The position numbers and the translations under genes were made by a program. Shown here piece after piece: positions 1-12,129 of a stretch of DNA of 64,000 nucleotides. Under the pieces are notes generated by a model that ran no database searches, had not been told where the DNA came from, and saw only the letters and a list, made by a program, of their open reading frames with translations. Positions within the stretch are counted from its first letter, which is position 1. Each line of letters opens with the position of its first letter. Source of the stretch: Lysobacterales bacterium (GTDB lineage Bacteria; Pseudomonadota; Gammaproteobacteria; Xanthomonadales; SZUA-36); NCBI GenBank assembly GCA_021648045.1, contig JAKITM010000004.1:632-64631 (forward strand), given 5' to 3'.

Positions 1-4
1 CAGG

Positions 5-253
5 TTATTTATTCAGCCTTTCTTCCGCTTCGACCTGAGTAAATGTCTGGTTTCTTAGTATTGCTGTTTCAGCCCGGGCAATACCTTCTAAAATATCTAA
101 CCGCCTTTGGGTCTGCTCATAGTCATTAATATTTAACAGGTAAGCTGTGGGCTTTCCATGCTCAGTTATTAATACTGGTTCACTTGATGAATTGAGATCT
201 ATGAGTGTTTTAGCAACTTGGCGCACAAGTATTGATATATTTATTATTTTCAT
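5..253 (-). CDS. Type II antitoxin, Phd/YefM family (82 aa); the cognate toxin is expected just off-window
   Basis: Small acidic ORF with a typical Phd/YefM N-terminal fold signature (VAKTLIDL...EPVLITEHGKPTAYLLNINDYE). GAGAGAA lies upstream of the ATG. The stop is at 5-7, so a downstream toxin would lie left of the window. Confidence 0.7.
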   Translation of the reverse strand: MKIINISILVRQVAKTLIDLNSSSEPVLITEHGKPTAYLLNINDYEQTQRRLDILEGIARAETAILRNQTFTQVEAEERLNK

Positions 254-437
254 AACTTCATTCTCTCAAAGCTTGGAGGCTCTGGTAAAGTCAATAATGC
301 ATCGGTTCACCAGTTTCTGCTTGCTTCAATATCGATAGAATCTGTGAGTCGCTCTGGAGATTCCTGTGGCAGGTTCGTGTGAGTTGGTCAGAAAATTCCC
401 GACTCTATTTTCACCAAATCCCTAGTCAGATAAATCT

Positions 438-497
438 CAGTATGCAACTTTATTACTTAGTATGAAACTTTATTACTCAGTATGAAACTTTAATACT
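438..497. repeat. Three head-to-tail 20-bp direct repeats (candidate transposase-binding sites)
   Basis: Minus-strand units are AGTATTAAAGTTTCATACTG (497-478), AGTAATAAAGTTTCATACTA (477-458) and AGTAATAAAGTTGCATACTG (457-438), with 2 mismatches between neighbouring units. There are no spacers, so this is not a CRISPR array. Confidence 0.85.
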
Positions 498-529
498 CTC
501 CGACAAGTAAAGAGTAACCCACCACCCAC

Positions 530-2368
530 TCACTCAACCGTCACAGATTTCGCCAAGTTCCTCGGCTGATCTATTTCTGTGCCTTTGAGAATTGCCACAT
601 GGTAGGCCAGTAGTTGTAGGGGTATGGTTAAGACTATCGGTGCAACCAGCGTGCCACCGGTTTCCACCTGGACGACCTTGCCATGATCGGCGGCGAGTTT
701 AGCCACCGCTTCCCTGTCGGCGACTACGATCAGGCGGCCGCCGCGGGCTTTTACTTCGGCAATATTGGATACTAGTTTTTCAGTCAGGGAATCATTCGGT
801 GCAACCGCAACCACTGGCATATTTTCATCTACCAGTGCCAATGGGCCGTGTTTTAATTCACCGGCTGGATAGGCCTCGGCGTGGATATATGAAATCTCTT
901 TGAGTTTAAGCGCACCTTCCAATGCAATAGGATAATGGTCGCCACGACCAAGGTAGAGGGCGTGTTCTTTGTCGGCGAAGTCTTTTGCCAGTAGTTTTAA
1001 TTCATCGTTAAGTTCTAGTGCTGAAGCCAGCAGACCTGGGAGTTGTTCCAGCTCGGTTACCCGTTGGCGATAGACATCCTCATCCATGCCGTTGAGTTGC
1101 GCCAATCTCAGGGTTAGCAACTGCAGCGCAGCCAACTGGGTGGTAAATGCTTTGGTTGATGCCACTCCGATTTCCGGTCCGGCGCGGGTCATCAGTATCA
1201 GGTCGGATTCGCGTACGGCTGATGATTCTGGAACATTACAGACGACTAAAGTTGCCAGATAACTTTCTTTCTTTGCATGGCGCAAGGCGGATAAGGTATC
1301 GAGGGTTTCGCCGGACTGGGTAATGGTGACATACAGGCAATTTGATGGCACCACTGGTTTACGGTAGCGATATTCGCTGGCTATCTCAACACTGCACGGT
1401 ATTCCGGCGAGCTCTTCGATTTGATAACGGGCCACCATGCCGGCGTAATAACTGGTTCCACAGGCGACAATATGTACATTTTCGACCTTGGCCAGCAACT
1501 CATCAGCACCCACGCCGAAAATATTGGCGAGTACTTTACCGCCGAATATCCGACCTTCAAGCGTTTCGGCTACAGCACCCGGTTGCTCGTGAATTTCTTT
1601 GAGCATAAAGTGAGGGTATGGGCCTTTGTCGAATGCTTCGCTATCGACTTTACTGGTTTTAACTTCTCGGGTGGTGTTATTTCCATCAACATCTAGCAGT
1701 AAGTATTCATCCGCTCGGATGCGCACCAAGTCGCCCTCTTCCAGATAAATAAACTGTCGGGTTTCAGGTAGTAGCGCGTGTACATCTGAAGCAAGAAAGT
1801 GTTCGTTTCCAGCTTCTCCAATTCCCAGCACCAGTGGGCTACCAAGGCGCGCGCCTACTACGGTTTCCGGTTCACGGCTGGAAGTTACCGCAATCGCATA
1901 GGCTCCACGAAAGCGCTCACAGGCTTTGCTTACTGCGGTGAATAAATCACCGTGCTCGCGTTCCAGCTGGTCGATAAGATGCACCATCACTTCGGTATCA
2001 GTTTCTGAGCCGAAGGTATAACCTGCTTGGGTTAATTCATTCCGCAGTTCCGCGTGGTTTTCTATAATGCCATTGTGAACCAGTGCGATTTTGCTGCCGG
2101 AAAGATGTGGGTGGGCATTTGCTGTATTGGGTACTCCGTGAGTTGCCCAACGAGTGTGGGCAATGCCACAATGACCCTCTATGGGGCTGGATTGCCAGAG
2201 TGCTTCCAGTGCCGCAACTTTACCCTGAGTGCGCAATCGTTGTAAGCCAGAATCGGTTTGCAATGCAATACCGGCTGAATCGTAGCCACGATATTCAAGG
2301 GCTTTGAGACCGGTAATTAATATTTTTGAAATTGGCCGATGAGTACAGGCCGCAACAATTCCACACAT
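530..2368 (-). CDS. glmS: Glutamine--fructose-6-phosphate aminotransferase (isomerizing)
   Basis: 612-aa ORF. N-terminal MCGIVA supplies the Ntn-amidotransferase Cys. It has tandem SIS domains and the canonical C-terminal ...AKSVTVE. It sits next to glmU. Confidence 0.97.
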   Translation of the reverse strand: MCGIVAACTHRPISKILITGLKALEYRGYDSAGIALQTDSGLQRLRTQGKVAALEALWQSSPIEGHCGIAHTRWATHGVPNTANAHPHLSGSKIALVHNGIIENHAELRNELTQAGYTFGSETDTEVMVHLIDQLEREHGDLFTAVSKACERFRGAYAIAVTSSREPETVVGARLGSPLVLGIGEAGNEHFLASDVHALLPETRQFIYLEEGDLVRIRADEYLLLDVDGNNTTREVKTSKVDSEAFDKGPYPHFMLKEIHEQPGAVAETLEGRIFGGKVLANIFGVGADELLAKVENVHIVACGTSYYAGMVARYQIEELAGIPCSVEIASEYRYRKPVVPSNCLYVTITQSGETLDTLSALRHAKKESYLATLVVCNVPESSAVRESDLILMTRAGPEIGVASTKAFTTQLAALQLLTLRLAQLNGMDEDVYRQRVTELEQLPGLLASALELNDELKLLAKDFADKEHALYLGRGDHYPIALEGALKLKEISYIHAEAYPAGELKHGPLALVDENMPVVAVAPNDSLTEKLVSNIAEVKARGGRLIVVADREAVAKLAADHGKVVQVETGGTLVAPIVLTIPLQLLAYHVAILKGTEIDQPRNLAKSVTVE

Positions 2369-2389
2369 AGCGTAATTTGCCTCTGGTGC

Positions 2390-3772
2390 TTAATCTGATT
2401 TTTTAACGGGTCGTTTCCAACCACGAATATTGGTTTGTTTTGATCTGCTAACCGCTAATGTTTCGGCGGCAACATCTCGGGTGATTGTTGATCCGGCTCC
2501 CACGGTGGCATTTTTACCTATTTTTACCGGCGCTACCAACTGGGTGTCAGAACCTATGAATACACCATCTTCGATAACCGTTTTAGATTTATTCACACCG
2601 TCATAATTGCAGGTGATGGTTCCAGCACCGATATTTACATTGGCGCCAATAACAGCATCACCAATATAACTCAGGTGGCTGGCCTTGCTGCCTTTGGCAA
2701 CAGTCGATTTTTTAATTTCAACAAAGTTGCCAATTTTGACCTCATCGGCAAGTACGGTGCCAGGACGCACTCTGGCAAATGGTCCAATATTGCAGTTGAC
2801 GCCAATCTGTGCTGCTTCGATAACCGAGTGGTCTTCAACTCTGGTATCGCAACCAATCTCGACATTTTTTAATCTAACCCCGGCGCCAATATATACATTG
2901 TCAGCGAGTACGACTTTGCCCTCCAGGATGACATTGATATCAATACTCACATCCCGGCCTACCTCGACAGTACCACGCACATCCACACGCGCAGGATCGG
3001 CAAGTGACACACCAGCATCCATTAACTGGTTTGCCTGTTGTTGCTGATAACGGCGTTCTAGCATGGCCAGTTGACGACGGTCGTTGGCGCCTTGTAAATC
3101 TATTGCATCGTTTGCCACTACCGCTTGAATTTCTATACCGCGCGTATGGGCGATGGAAAAAATGTCGGTCAGGTAAAATTCTTTCTGGGAATTATTGCTG
3201 TCTATTTGATTCAACAATTGATTCAAGAGCTTTTGTGATGCGACTAAAATTCCAGTATTAACTTCTTTAATTTTCAGCTGTTCGGCGCTGGCATCTTTTT
3301 GTTCAACTATGCCGGTTATGCTGGTGTTTGAATCACGCAGAATACGCCCGTAGCCCTGCGGACTTTCCGGCAACATAGTTAATAATGACAACTCAGTCTT
3401 TGTGCCAGTAAGAGACTCAAGATCTTGCAGGGATACCAATGGGTGGTCACCGTAGAGCACCAATATCAGTGCATCATCCGGTATTGCCGGCAATGCCTGT
3501 TGTACTGCATGGCCCGTGCCTAAGCGTTCCGCCTGGTGAACCCAGTTAATATCTTGTGTGTCTGTAAACGCTGCCATGACTGCATCGCTTTGCGAACCAA
3601 TAACAATGTGAATACCAGCCGGGTTTAATTGCCTTGCCGTATCCAGCAGATGGGAAAGCATTGGCCTGCCGCCCAGTGGTTGCAGAATCTTTGGCAGATT
3701 CGAACGCATGCGTGTGCCTTCGCCGGCAGCGAGGATAACAATATGCAGTGATTGTGTGTGTTGTTCGGGCAT
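2390..3772 (-). CDS. glmU: Bifunctional UDP-N-acetylglucosamine pyrophosphorylase / glucosamine-1-phosphate N-acetyltransferase
   Basis: 460-aa ORF. The N-terminus carries LAAGEGTRM (nucleotidyltransferase motif) and the C-terminus has left-handed beta-helix hexapeptide repeats. Synteny is atpC-glmU-glmS. Confidence 0.96.
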   Translation of the reverse strand: MPEQHTQSLHIVILAAGEGTRMRSNLPKILQPLGGRPMLSHLLDTARQLNPAGIHIVIGSQSDAVMAAFTDTQDINWVHQAERLGTGHAVQQALPAIPDDALILVLYGDHPLVSLQDLESLTGTKTELSLLTMLPESPQGYGRILRDSNTSITGIVEQKDASAEQLKIKEVNTGILVASQKLLNQLLNQIDSNNSQKEFYLTDIFSIAHTRGIEIQAVVANDAIDLQGANDRRQLAMLERRYQQQQANQLMDAGVSLADPARVDVRGTVEVGRDVSIDINVILEGKVVLADNVYIGAGVRLKNVEIGCDTRVEDHSVIEAAQIGVNCNIGPFARVRPGTVLADEVKIGNFVEIKKSTVAKGSKASHLSYIGDAVIGANVNIGAGTITCNYDGVNKSKTVIEDGVFIGSDTQLVAPVKIGKNATVGAGSTITRDVAAETLAVSRSKQTNIRGWKRPVKKSD

Positions 3773-3846
3773 GTATTGAGTATCTTTTTTTCTGCTTACA
3801 TTATATCAGTGCTGACTGTATGCGGGGTGAATGCTAGCGCAGTTAA

Positions 3847-3873
3847 TAAAACACCGGCAATAAGCCGGTGTTT
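3847..3873 (-). terminator. Rho-independent terminator after the atp operon
   Basis: The stem is ACACCGGC (3851-3858) / GCCGGTGT (3864-3871) with loop AATAA. On the minus strand the stem is followed by TTTATT. It lies ~35 nt downstream of the atpC stop. Confidence 0.6.
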
Positions 3874-3908
3874 AATATTACTTAATGTTACTTGATATTC
3901 TATATAAC

Positions 3909-4334
3909 TTAACGCTTCATGCGTTTTTTCCATTGTCTCAATGCTGAAATCTCGGCAATCGCCATCGCCAATTTTGCCTGAGCTTGGGCGATGTCCATTT
4001 CACCGTGTTGATCTGCAATGGTGCGCTCTGCTTCTTCTTTCGCCTGCAAAGCTGCTGCCTCATCGAGGTGGCTGGCACGAATGGCGGTATCTGCCAACAC
4101 GGTAACCACATGCGGCTGGATTTCTATTAAGCCGCCGGAAACATAATAATCCTCTTCATTATCATCTTCCAACTTCACCCGAACTAGGCCAGGCTTTAAG
4201 CGGGTCAGCAAAGGGGTATGCCGGGGTGCGATACCCAACTCACCCATTTCACCATTTGCAAAGACCATCGCTACCGTGCCGGAGAATATCTCACCTTCGG
4301 CACTAACGATGTCACAATGAATAGTTTTTGACAT
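3909..4334 (-). CDS. atpC: F1 ATP synthase epsilon subunit
   Basis: 141-aa ORF, last gene of the atp operon, with typical epsilon N-terminal beta-sandwich sequence (HCDIVSAEGEIFSG). Confidence 0.93.
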   Translation of the reverse strand: MSKTIHCDIVSAEGEIFSGTVAMVFANGEMGELGIAPRHTPLLTRLKPGLVRVKLEDDNEEDYYVSGGLIEIQPHVVTVLADTAIRASHLDEAAALQAKEEAERTIADQHGEMDIAQAQAKLAMAIAEISALRQWKKRMKR

Positions 4335-4385
4335 TATAGGTCTCTCTTTACTTAATCTGAGTCAGCTTTATTCAGCAAAGGCCAA

Positions 4386-5798
<1,413 letters not shown>

Positions 5799-5851
5799 CT
5801 AATTACAAAACTTTAATGACTAAAAAAATAATTTATTTGTAGTACAAACAG

Positions 5852-6718
5852 TTATTCAACTGCTGCCGCACCACTCACAATTTCCGATAATTCCTGAGTG
5901 ATCGATGCCTGCCGCGCCTTGTTATAGACCAGCTGTAGTTCATCGATCAAATCACCGGCGTTATCGGTCGCGGCTTTCATCGCTACCATTCTGGCGGCAT
6001 GCTCTGAGGCCAAGTTTTCCAGAACTGCCTGAAAAATTAAGGACTCAAAGTAGCGCGACAACACCGTATCCAGCAGATCACGGGCTTCGGGCTCATAAAT
6101 GTAGTCCCAAAGCTCGGTAATCTGTTCATCATCACCCTCTGGCAACGGCAGAATTGTTTCCAGCGTTGGCTCCTGAGTCATGGTGTTTACAAAATTATTA
6201 TAGGCCAGCACCACCCGATCGAGTTCAAGCTCCCGATATTTATCGCCCAGTAATTTCAACGGGCCGACTAAATCGGCGATCTGCGGCTTTTCACCCAGAT
6301 CGATACTGCTACCTATCAGGTTTACTTTCAAACCTTTAAAAAACTGGGTGGCTTTCTTGCCGAAGGTGACGATATCGACTTCTATGCCCTGTTCCTGATA
6401 GTCAGCAATTTCTTTCAGCAACCTACGGAACAGATTGTTATTCAGACCGCCACAAAGACCACGGTCACTGGAAACAACAATATAGCCCACGCGCTTTATT
6501 TGCTCTCGCTTGAGCGTGAACGGATGCCGGTATTCCGGCTGCGCTTTCGACAGATGCGAAATAACCTGTTTAATCATCCGCGCATAAGGGCGGGACTGTT
6601 GCATAAGATCCTGTGATTTACGGATCTTGGCAGCAGATACCATCTCTAGTGCATTGGTCACCTTGCGGGTGTTTTTCACACTATTGATTTTGGTTGTGAT
6701 TTCTCTAGCGCCAGACAT
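5852..6718 (-). CDS. atpG: F1 ATP synthase gamma subunit
   Basis: 288 aa. The N-terminus is ...[27 protein letters not shown] and the C-terminus is [15 protein letters not shown]. Confidence 0.96.
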   Translation of the reverse strand: MSGAREITTKINSVKNTRKVTNALEMVSAAKIRKSQDLMQQSRPYARMIKQVISHLSKAQPEYRHPFTLKREQIKRVGYIVVSSDRGLCGGLNNNLFRRLLKEIADYQEQGIEVDIVTFGKKATQFFKGLKVNLIGSSIDLGEKPQIADLVGPLKLLGDKYRELELDRVVLAYNNFVNTMTQEPTLETILPLPEGDDEQITELWDYIYEPEARDLLDTVLSRYFESLIFQAVLENLASEHAARMVAMKAATDNAGDLIDELQLVYNKARQASITQELSEIVSGAAAVE

Positions 6719-6755
6719 TCTCTTGCCTCGTTGTATTTATTCTATGCAAGACAGC

Positions 6756-8303
6756 TTAGTAGCTGCCAGTTGCCTTGAAATCTTCAAGTGCGGTGGTCAA
6801 CTGCCCTGAAAGGTCATCGTTCCAGATACCACTGTCACCAATTTCGTCCAGCAAAGGCTGATATTTGTTGGTCAGGAAGCTGTGCAAGGCTGACTCGAAA
6901 TCGCCAATCTTTTTGACTTCAACATCATCAAGGAAGCCTTCGTTGGCAGCATACAAAGATGCGCCCATAGTGGCTGTAGACAGCGGGCTATACTGCCCCT
7001 GTTTCATCAAGTCAGTTACGCGTTCGCCACGCTCCAGCTGCGCCCGGGTGGCTTCATCCAGATCGGATGCAAACTGGGCAAATGCCGCCAACTCACGATA
7101 CTGCGCCAATGCCAGACGAATACCGCCGCCAAGTTTCTTAATAATTTTAGTTTGCGCTGCACCACCCACTCGCGATACAGACAAACCCGCGTTGATTGCT
7201 GGGCGAATACCGGCATTAAACAGATCGGTCTCAAGGAAGATCTGGCCATCGGTAATTGAAATTACATTGGTCGGTACGAATGCTGATACATCGCCGGCCT
7301 GGGTTTCAATGATTGGCAGCGCGGTTAAAGAACCGGTTTTGCCTTTTACTGCACCGTTAGTGAATTTTTCAACATATTCAACATTAACTCGGGCCGCTCT
7401 TTCCAGCAGACGCGAATGCAAATAGAAAACATCGCCTGGATACGCTTCACGACCCGGTGGGCGACGCAATAACAGGGATACCTGACGGTAGGCCCATGCC
7501 TGCTTGGTCAAATCATCATAAATAATCAATGCATCTTCACCGCGGTCACGGAAATACTCACCCATGGCACAACCGGCATATGGCGCCATGTACTGCATGG
7601 CGGCAGAGTCTGCAGCACCAGCAACAACTACAATGGTGTGTTCCATTGCGCCATGCTCTTCTAGCTTGGCCACAACATTGGCAATGGTTGATTGTTTCTG
7701 GCCAATGGCAACATAAATACAGGTAATGCCTTTGCCTTTTTGGTTAATGATGGTGTCGATTGCGATTGCCGTCTTACCCGTCTGGCGATCGCCGATAATT
7801 AATTCACGCTGGCCACGGCCAACCGGAACCATCGCATCGATCGCTTTCAAACCTGTTTGCATTGGCTGGTCAACAGACTGACGCTCGATAACGCCCGGCG
7901 CTACGCGCTCTACCGGTGAAAAGCCGTCGTTTTCAATCGTACCTTGTCCATCGATTGGGCTACCCAGGGTATCAACAACCCGCCCCAGCAGGCCACGACC
8001 TACTGGTACTTCGAGAATACGACCGGTACACTTGACGATATCGCCTTCAGAGATACCTTCGTAATCGCCCAGTACAACAACACCTACAGAGTCGCGTTCC
8101 AGATTCATCGCCAAACCATAAACCTGGTCTGGAAATTCAATCATTTCGCCCTGCATGGCATCTTCAAGACCATGGATTCGAATAATTCCGTCGGCTACAC
8201 TAACTACAGTGCCTTCGTTACGGGCTTCGGAAACGACTTCAAACTGTTCGACTCGTTCTTTGATCAGTTCTGAGATTTCTGATGGATTCAGTTGCGTTTG
8301 CAT
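6756..8303 (-). CDS. atpA: F1 ATP synthase alpha subunit
   Basis: The ORF is open to 8363, but the conserved alpha N-terminus starts at [18 protein letters not shown] (ATG at 8303). Walker A is GDRQTGKT. The upstream 20 codons overlap the atpH-atpA spacer. Confidence 0.95.
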   Translation of the reverse strand: MQTQLNPSEISELIKERVEQFEVVSEARNEGTVVSVADGIIRIHGLEDAMQGEMIEFPDQVYGLAMNLERDSVGVVVLGDYEGISEGDIVKCTGRILEVPVGRGLLGRVVDTLGSPIDGQGTIENDGFSPVERVAPGVIERQSVDQPMQTGLKAIDAMVPVGRGQRELIIGDRQTGKTAIAIDTIINQKGKGITCIYVAIGQKQSTIANVVAKLEEHGAMEHTIVVVAGAADSAAMQYMAPYAGCAMGEYFRDRGEDALIIYDDLTKQAWAYRQVSLLLRRPPGREAYPGDVFYLHSRLLERAARVNVEYVEKFTNGAVKGKTGSLTALPIIETQAGDVSAFVPTNVISITDGQIFLETDLFNAGIRPAINAGLSVSRVGGAAQTKIIKKLGGGIRLALAQYRELAAFAQFASDLDEATRAQLERGERVTDLMKQGQYSPLSTATMGASLYAANEGFLDDVEVKKIGDFESALHSFLTNKYQPLLDEIGDSGIWNDDLSGQLTTALEDFKATGSY

Positions 8304-8376
8304 CTTTTTCTTTCCTGGTTTTATCTCGACGCCAACGAAGTTACTAAAACTTCTCTGCGCCATTCATTAAATTAAG

Positions 8377-8913
8377 TTAATCGGCCAACTGTACGGCCAG
8401 TTTATTCAGCTCACCTTTGATCGAGCCATCTATTACCATATCACCGGCGTGGATTATGGCACCACCGATTAAAGCCGGATCGACCGTAGCCCGTAACTCG
8501 ATATTACGATCAAAACGACGCGCCAGCGCATCGCTCATCCGCTTTTTCTGATCATCTGACAGCTCAACCGCAGATACCACTTTTACTGCCAGCTCTTTCT
8601 CTTCTTCAAGGCGCAAATCCGTAAACATGGATTTAATTTCTGGCAATAATGAAAGCCGTTCATTGCCAGCAAGCACATCTATAAAGTGGGCAAACTTTGC
8701 GTTAAAGCGCTCCCCACCCGTTTCGCGCACAAGCTTCGCCACGGAGGACTCAAACACACCCGGGCTATCAATTAATTTGCGAACATCCGGGTTAGCTACA
8801 ATGCTCGCCGCGCTGCCAAGCATGCGACTCCATTTAGCCAGTGCAGAATCGGCACGCGCCATTTCAAATGCTGCTTTGGCATAGGGTCGGGCAAGTTTGG
8901 TTAAGTTACTCAT
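8377..8913 (-). CDS. atpH: F1 ATP synthase delta subunit
   Basis: 178 aa, placed between atpF and atpA, with OSCP/delta-like sequence (ARPYAKAAFE). Confidence 0.92.
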   Translation of the reverse strand: MSNLTKLARPYAKAAFEMARADSALAKWSRMLGSAASIVANPDVRKLIDSPGVFESSVAKLVRETGGERFNAKFAHFIDVLAGNERLSLLPEIKSMFTDLRLEEEKELAVKVVSAVELSDDQKKRMSDALARRFDRNIELRATVDPALIGGAIIHAGDMVIDGSIKGELNKLAVQLAD

Positions 8914-8924
8914 CTATATACTGC

Positions 8925-9395
8925 CTAAATTTCAGCAATCAGTTTTTCTAGTAACTGCTCGTGGGTTTTCGGATCAATTTCTTTCTTGATCAATTTTTCC
9001 GCACCCAGTACAGCCAAAGTTGCTACCGATTGACGCAGCGTTTCGCGTGCATGGTTGGCACTCTGCTGAATTTCCGCATCGGCCGCCGTTACCTGGCGTT
9101 CGCGCTCGGCCACGGCTTCATCTTTCGCCTGGCTGAGAATCTGAATACCGCGCTGATTGCCCGCCTCGATAATTTCTGAGGCCTGGCCGCGAGCGTTATC
9201 AGTAATAGATGTCGCTTCAACATTCGCCAGCTCCAGCGCTTTCGCCGCTTCGTCTGTGGCAGCTAAACCTTCAGCAATCTTAGCTCGGCGTTCATCCAAT
9301 GCCGTGATAATTGGCGGCCAAATATACTTCATACAGAACGCAACGAATACAATCATCGCAATGATCTGTCCAATAATTGTCATATTTATATTCAC
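8925..9395 (-). CDS. atpF: Fo ATP synthase subunit b
   Basis: 156 aa, with a single N-terminal TM helix followed by a long charged coiled coil. Operon position fits. Confidence 0.92.
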   Translation of the reverse strand: MNINMTIIGQIIAMIVFVAFCMKYIWPPIITALDERRAKIAEGLAATDEAAKALELANVEATSITDNARGQASEIIEAGNQRGIQILSQAKDEAVAERERQVTAADAEIQQSANHARETLRQSVATLAVLGAEKLIKKEIDPKTHEQLLEKLIAEI

Positions 9396-9435
9396 GCCAT
9401 TACCTCGCTTTAGTTGTTACCAGACCTAAGTTTGA

Positions 9436-9723
<288 letters not shown>

Positions 9724-9781
9724 CTACATCCGTTACGGATTATTTACTTATTACAATTAAAATTAAAGTTAAATTAAAAAA

Positions 9782-10636
<855 letters not shown>

Positions 10637-10644
10637 TTACCCAA

Positions 10645-11088
10645 TTACCGATTATCAATTGATTTATCGGCTTTTTCGTTATTTTCAGTTATTGTCGCCG
10701 TTACCCTATCAATCGGGTCTCGACCTATAAATTTCAAGCCCACTAGATTAACCAGCAGACATATAATATATCCCGCAAAAACCGCCATCGCATTCATCGG
10801 TCTCAGCTGTGAGAACACTAATGCAAATAGTGCTCCAGTTAGCAATAATTTAATTGCCTCACCTTTATACGCAGCGCTTACAAATCGCCCGGCATCTTGT
10901 TCCGGGTCGCCACTGCTCTGGCGCGACTGCAAATACAGACTGCTCGCAAACCAGGTGTTGGGCAGAACACAAACCAAGCCTCCCGCCAGCAATGAATAAG
11001 CAGTAACCGCACTCGCAAATAACCCAAGCGCCGCCGCCACTAAAGTAGCGATAAACTGGGCTAATACTAGTGGCAATGCCGTTTTCAT
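10645..11088 (-). CDS. atpI: ATP synthase protein I
   Basis: Small hydrophobic ORF at the head of the atp operon. The ORF is open to 11160, but ATG 11088 (MKTALPLVLAQF...) gives a typical AtpI length. The start is uncertain. Confidence 0.7.
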   Translation of the reverse strand: MKTALPLVLAQFIATLVAAALGLFASAVTAYSLLAGGLVCVLPNTWFASSLYLQSRQSSGDPEQDAGRFVSAAYKGEAIKLLLTGALFALVFSQLRPMNAMAVFAGYIICLLVNLVGLKFIGRDPIDRVTATITENNEKADKSIDNR

Positions 11089-11441
11089 GCGCAATACACA
11101 CCAATTTCCAAAATACCCCGATAGCCATTCAACATGTTTGTTTTTAGCTATCGCCAGCACTATAGTTTATGCAATTATTCAAATAAGAAGCTAGCCAGCA
11201 CCAAATGCACACTACATATAAACCACATGTAATTTGATGAAAACCAAGCCTGCGACCTTATCCGGCTGATTATAACAGTTAGACCTATTTAGGGGCAATG
11301 CAGATGACATAAATATTTCTATAGGCAAGCTCGGTGGCAACAGTCTAAATTAAGCCATGGCGGGAAATGTCATCCGCTACCCTCCTATACTTGCAATAGG
11401 GCACCTGCTTTATAGCTACACAAACAAAAAAAGGGCGTGCA

Positions 11442-12104
11442 TTACCAAGGCAATTCGGTTCCATCTGTATGCCAGAAGCCACCCGTATTCTGCATGTTTA
11501 GCTCTTCAATTCTCTGAATCAGACCTCGTGCAGATTCATCGGCGTTGATCAGCCCATTGCCGGCTGTCATCTCGGTCCTGACATAACCCGGGTGCAATAA
11601 GGCCACTGCAATTTCTTTTTGTCTTAAATCTTCTGCCAAACTGCGCCCAACCATATTGACGGCCGCTTTACTCATTCGATATCCATACTGACCACCTGAT
11701 GTATTATCTTGCATTGAACCCATTCGACTGGTGATGATGACAATTTTTGAACCACTGCCTAAATTTGACAGAAAGCTTTGACTTACTCGCAAAGGCCCCA
11801 GAGCGTTTATTTCGAACTGGCGACGCATCGAATCAAAATCCAGATCATCCAAACCCATGCTGTTTAATATTCCGGCATTATTTACCAGAATATCAATCTT
11901 TTGCTGTTTGAGTTTTTCGGCCAATTGGCGGACAGAGCCAGCATCAGCAACATCATAATTCGTTTCAACCTGAATATCCAATTGATCTAATTCTGCACTA
12001 GAGTTCCGGCAGGCAGCAATAACCTGCAAGCCTTTTAGGCTGAACTGTTTTGCCATTTCCAAACCAATACCTCGGTTAGCTCCGGTAATTAATACTGTTT
12101 TCAT
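11442..12104 (-). CDS. Short-chain dehydrogenase/reductase (SDR) family oxidoreductase
   Basis: 220 aa. The N-terminus is MKTVLITGANRGIGLE (TGxxxGIG Rossmann motif). It also has NNAG and the catalytic Y-x3-K (YRMSKAA). Confidence 0.85.
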   Translation of the reverse strand: MKTVLITGANRGIGLEMAKQFSLKGLQVIAACRNSSAELDQLDIQVETNYDVADAGSVRQLAEKLKQQKIDILVNNAGILNSMGLDDLDFDSMRRQFEINALGPLRVSQSFLSNLGSGSKIVIITSRMGSMQDNTSGGQYGYRMSKAAVNMVGRSLAEDLRQKEIAVALLHPGYVRTEMTAGNGLINADESARGLIQRIEELNMQNTGGFWHTDGTELPW

Positions 12105-12129
12105 GTTTTTCCCACGCCTAAATCCTATA

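Larger units (their letters stand above)
1..505 (-). mobile_element. Putative glmS-proximal (right) end of a Tn7-family transposon inserted at attTn7; the element body continues beyond the left window edge
   Basis: Reading away from the glmS stop (530-532) there are 24 nt of flank, then 5'-TGTCGGAG (505->498), then three contiguous 20-bp direct repeats (497->438). AT-rich non-core DNA and a toxin-antitoxin gene follow. Position, TGT terminus and repeat array match Tn7-family end architecture. Confidence 0.4.

Noticed and set aside
438-497. Possible CRISPR array or replication iterons
   Set aside because: The repeats are directly contiguous with no spacers, there are only three of them, and no cas or rep gene is adjacent. 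The transposon-end interpretation fits the glmS context better.
6865-7425. Long antisense ORFs inside strongly supported genes (also 10322-10999, 34026-34652, 44906-45529, 53104-53553, 61917-62489 and many shorter ones in the track)
   Set aside because: Each is embedded antisense or out of frame in a gene with clear family motifs. Their products are low-complexity Ser/Arg/Pro-rich sequences with no recognisable domains.
8304-8363. 20-codon N-terminal extension of atpA, and similar in-frame extensions of rpmB (30337), mutM (30903), radC (29474), fmt (49262), the DUF998-like gene (36698) and the DUF2782-like gene (38396)
   Set aside because: The conserved protein N-termini begin at internal ATGs. 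The extensions overlap upstream genes or spacers and carry no conserved sequence.
11161-11441. Search for oriC features (DnaA boxes), and for parS sites around parAB (13857-14149 and elsewhere)
   Set aside because: By eye I found no TTATCCACA cluster and no TGTTNCACGTGAAACA palindrome. The isolated ATATCCACA at ~10268 is inside atpB and the TGTTTCACG half-site at ~23391 is inside an SBP gene. A pattern scan would be needed to be sure.
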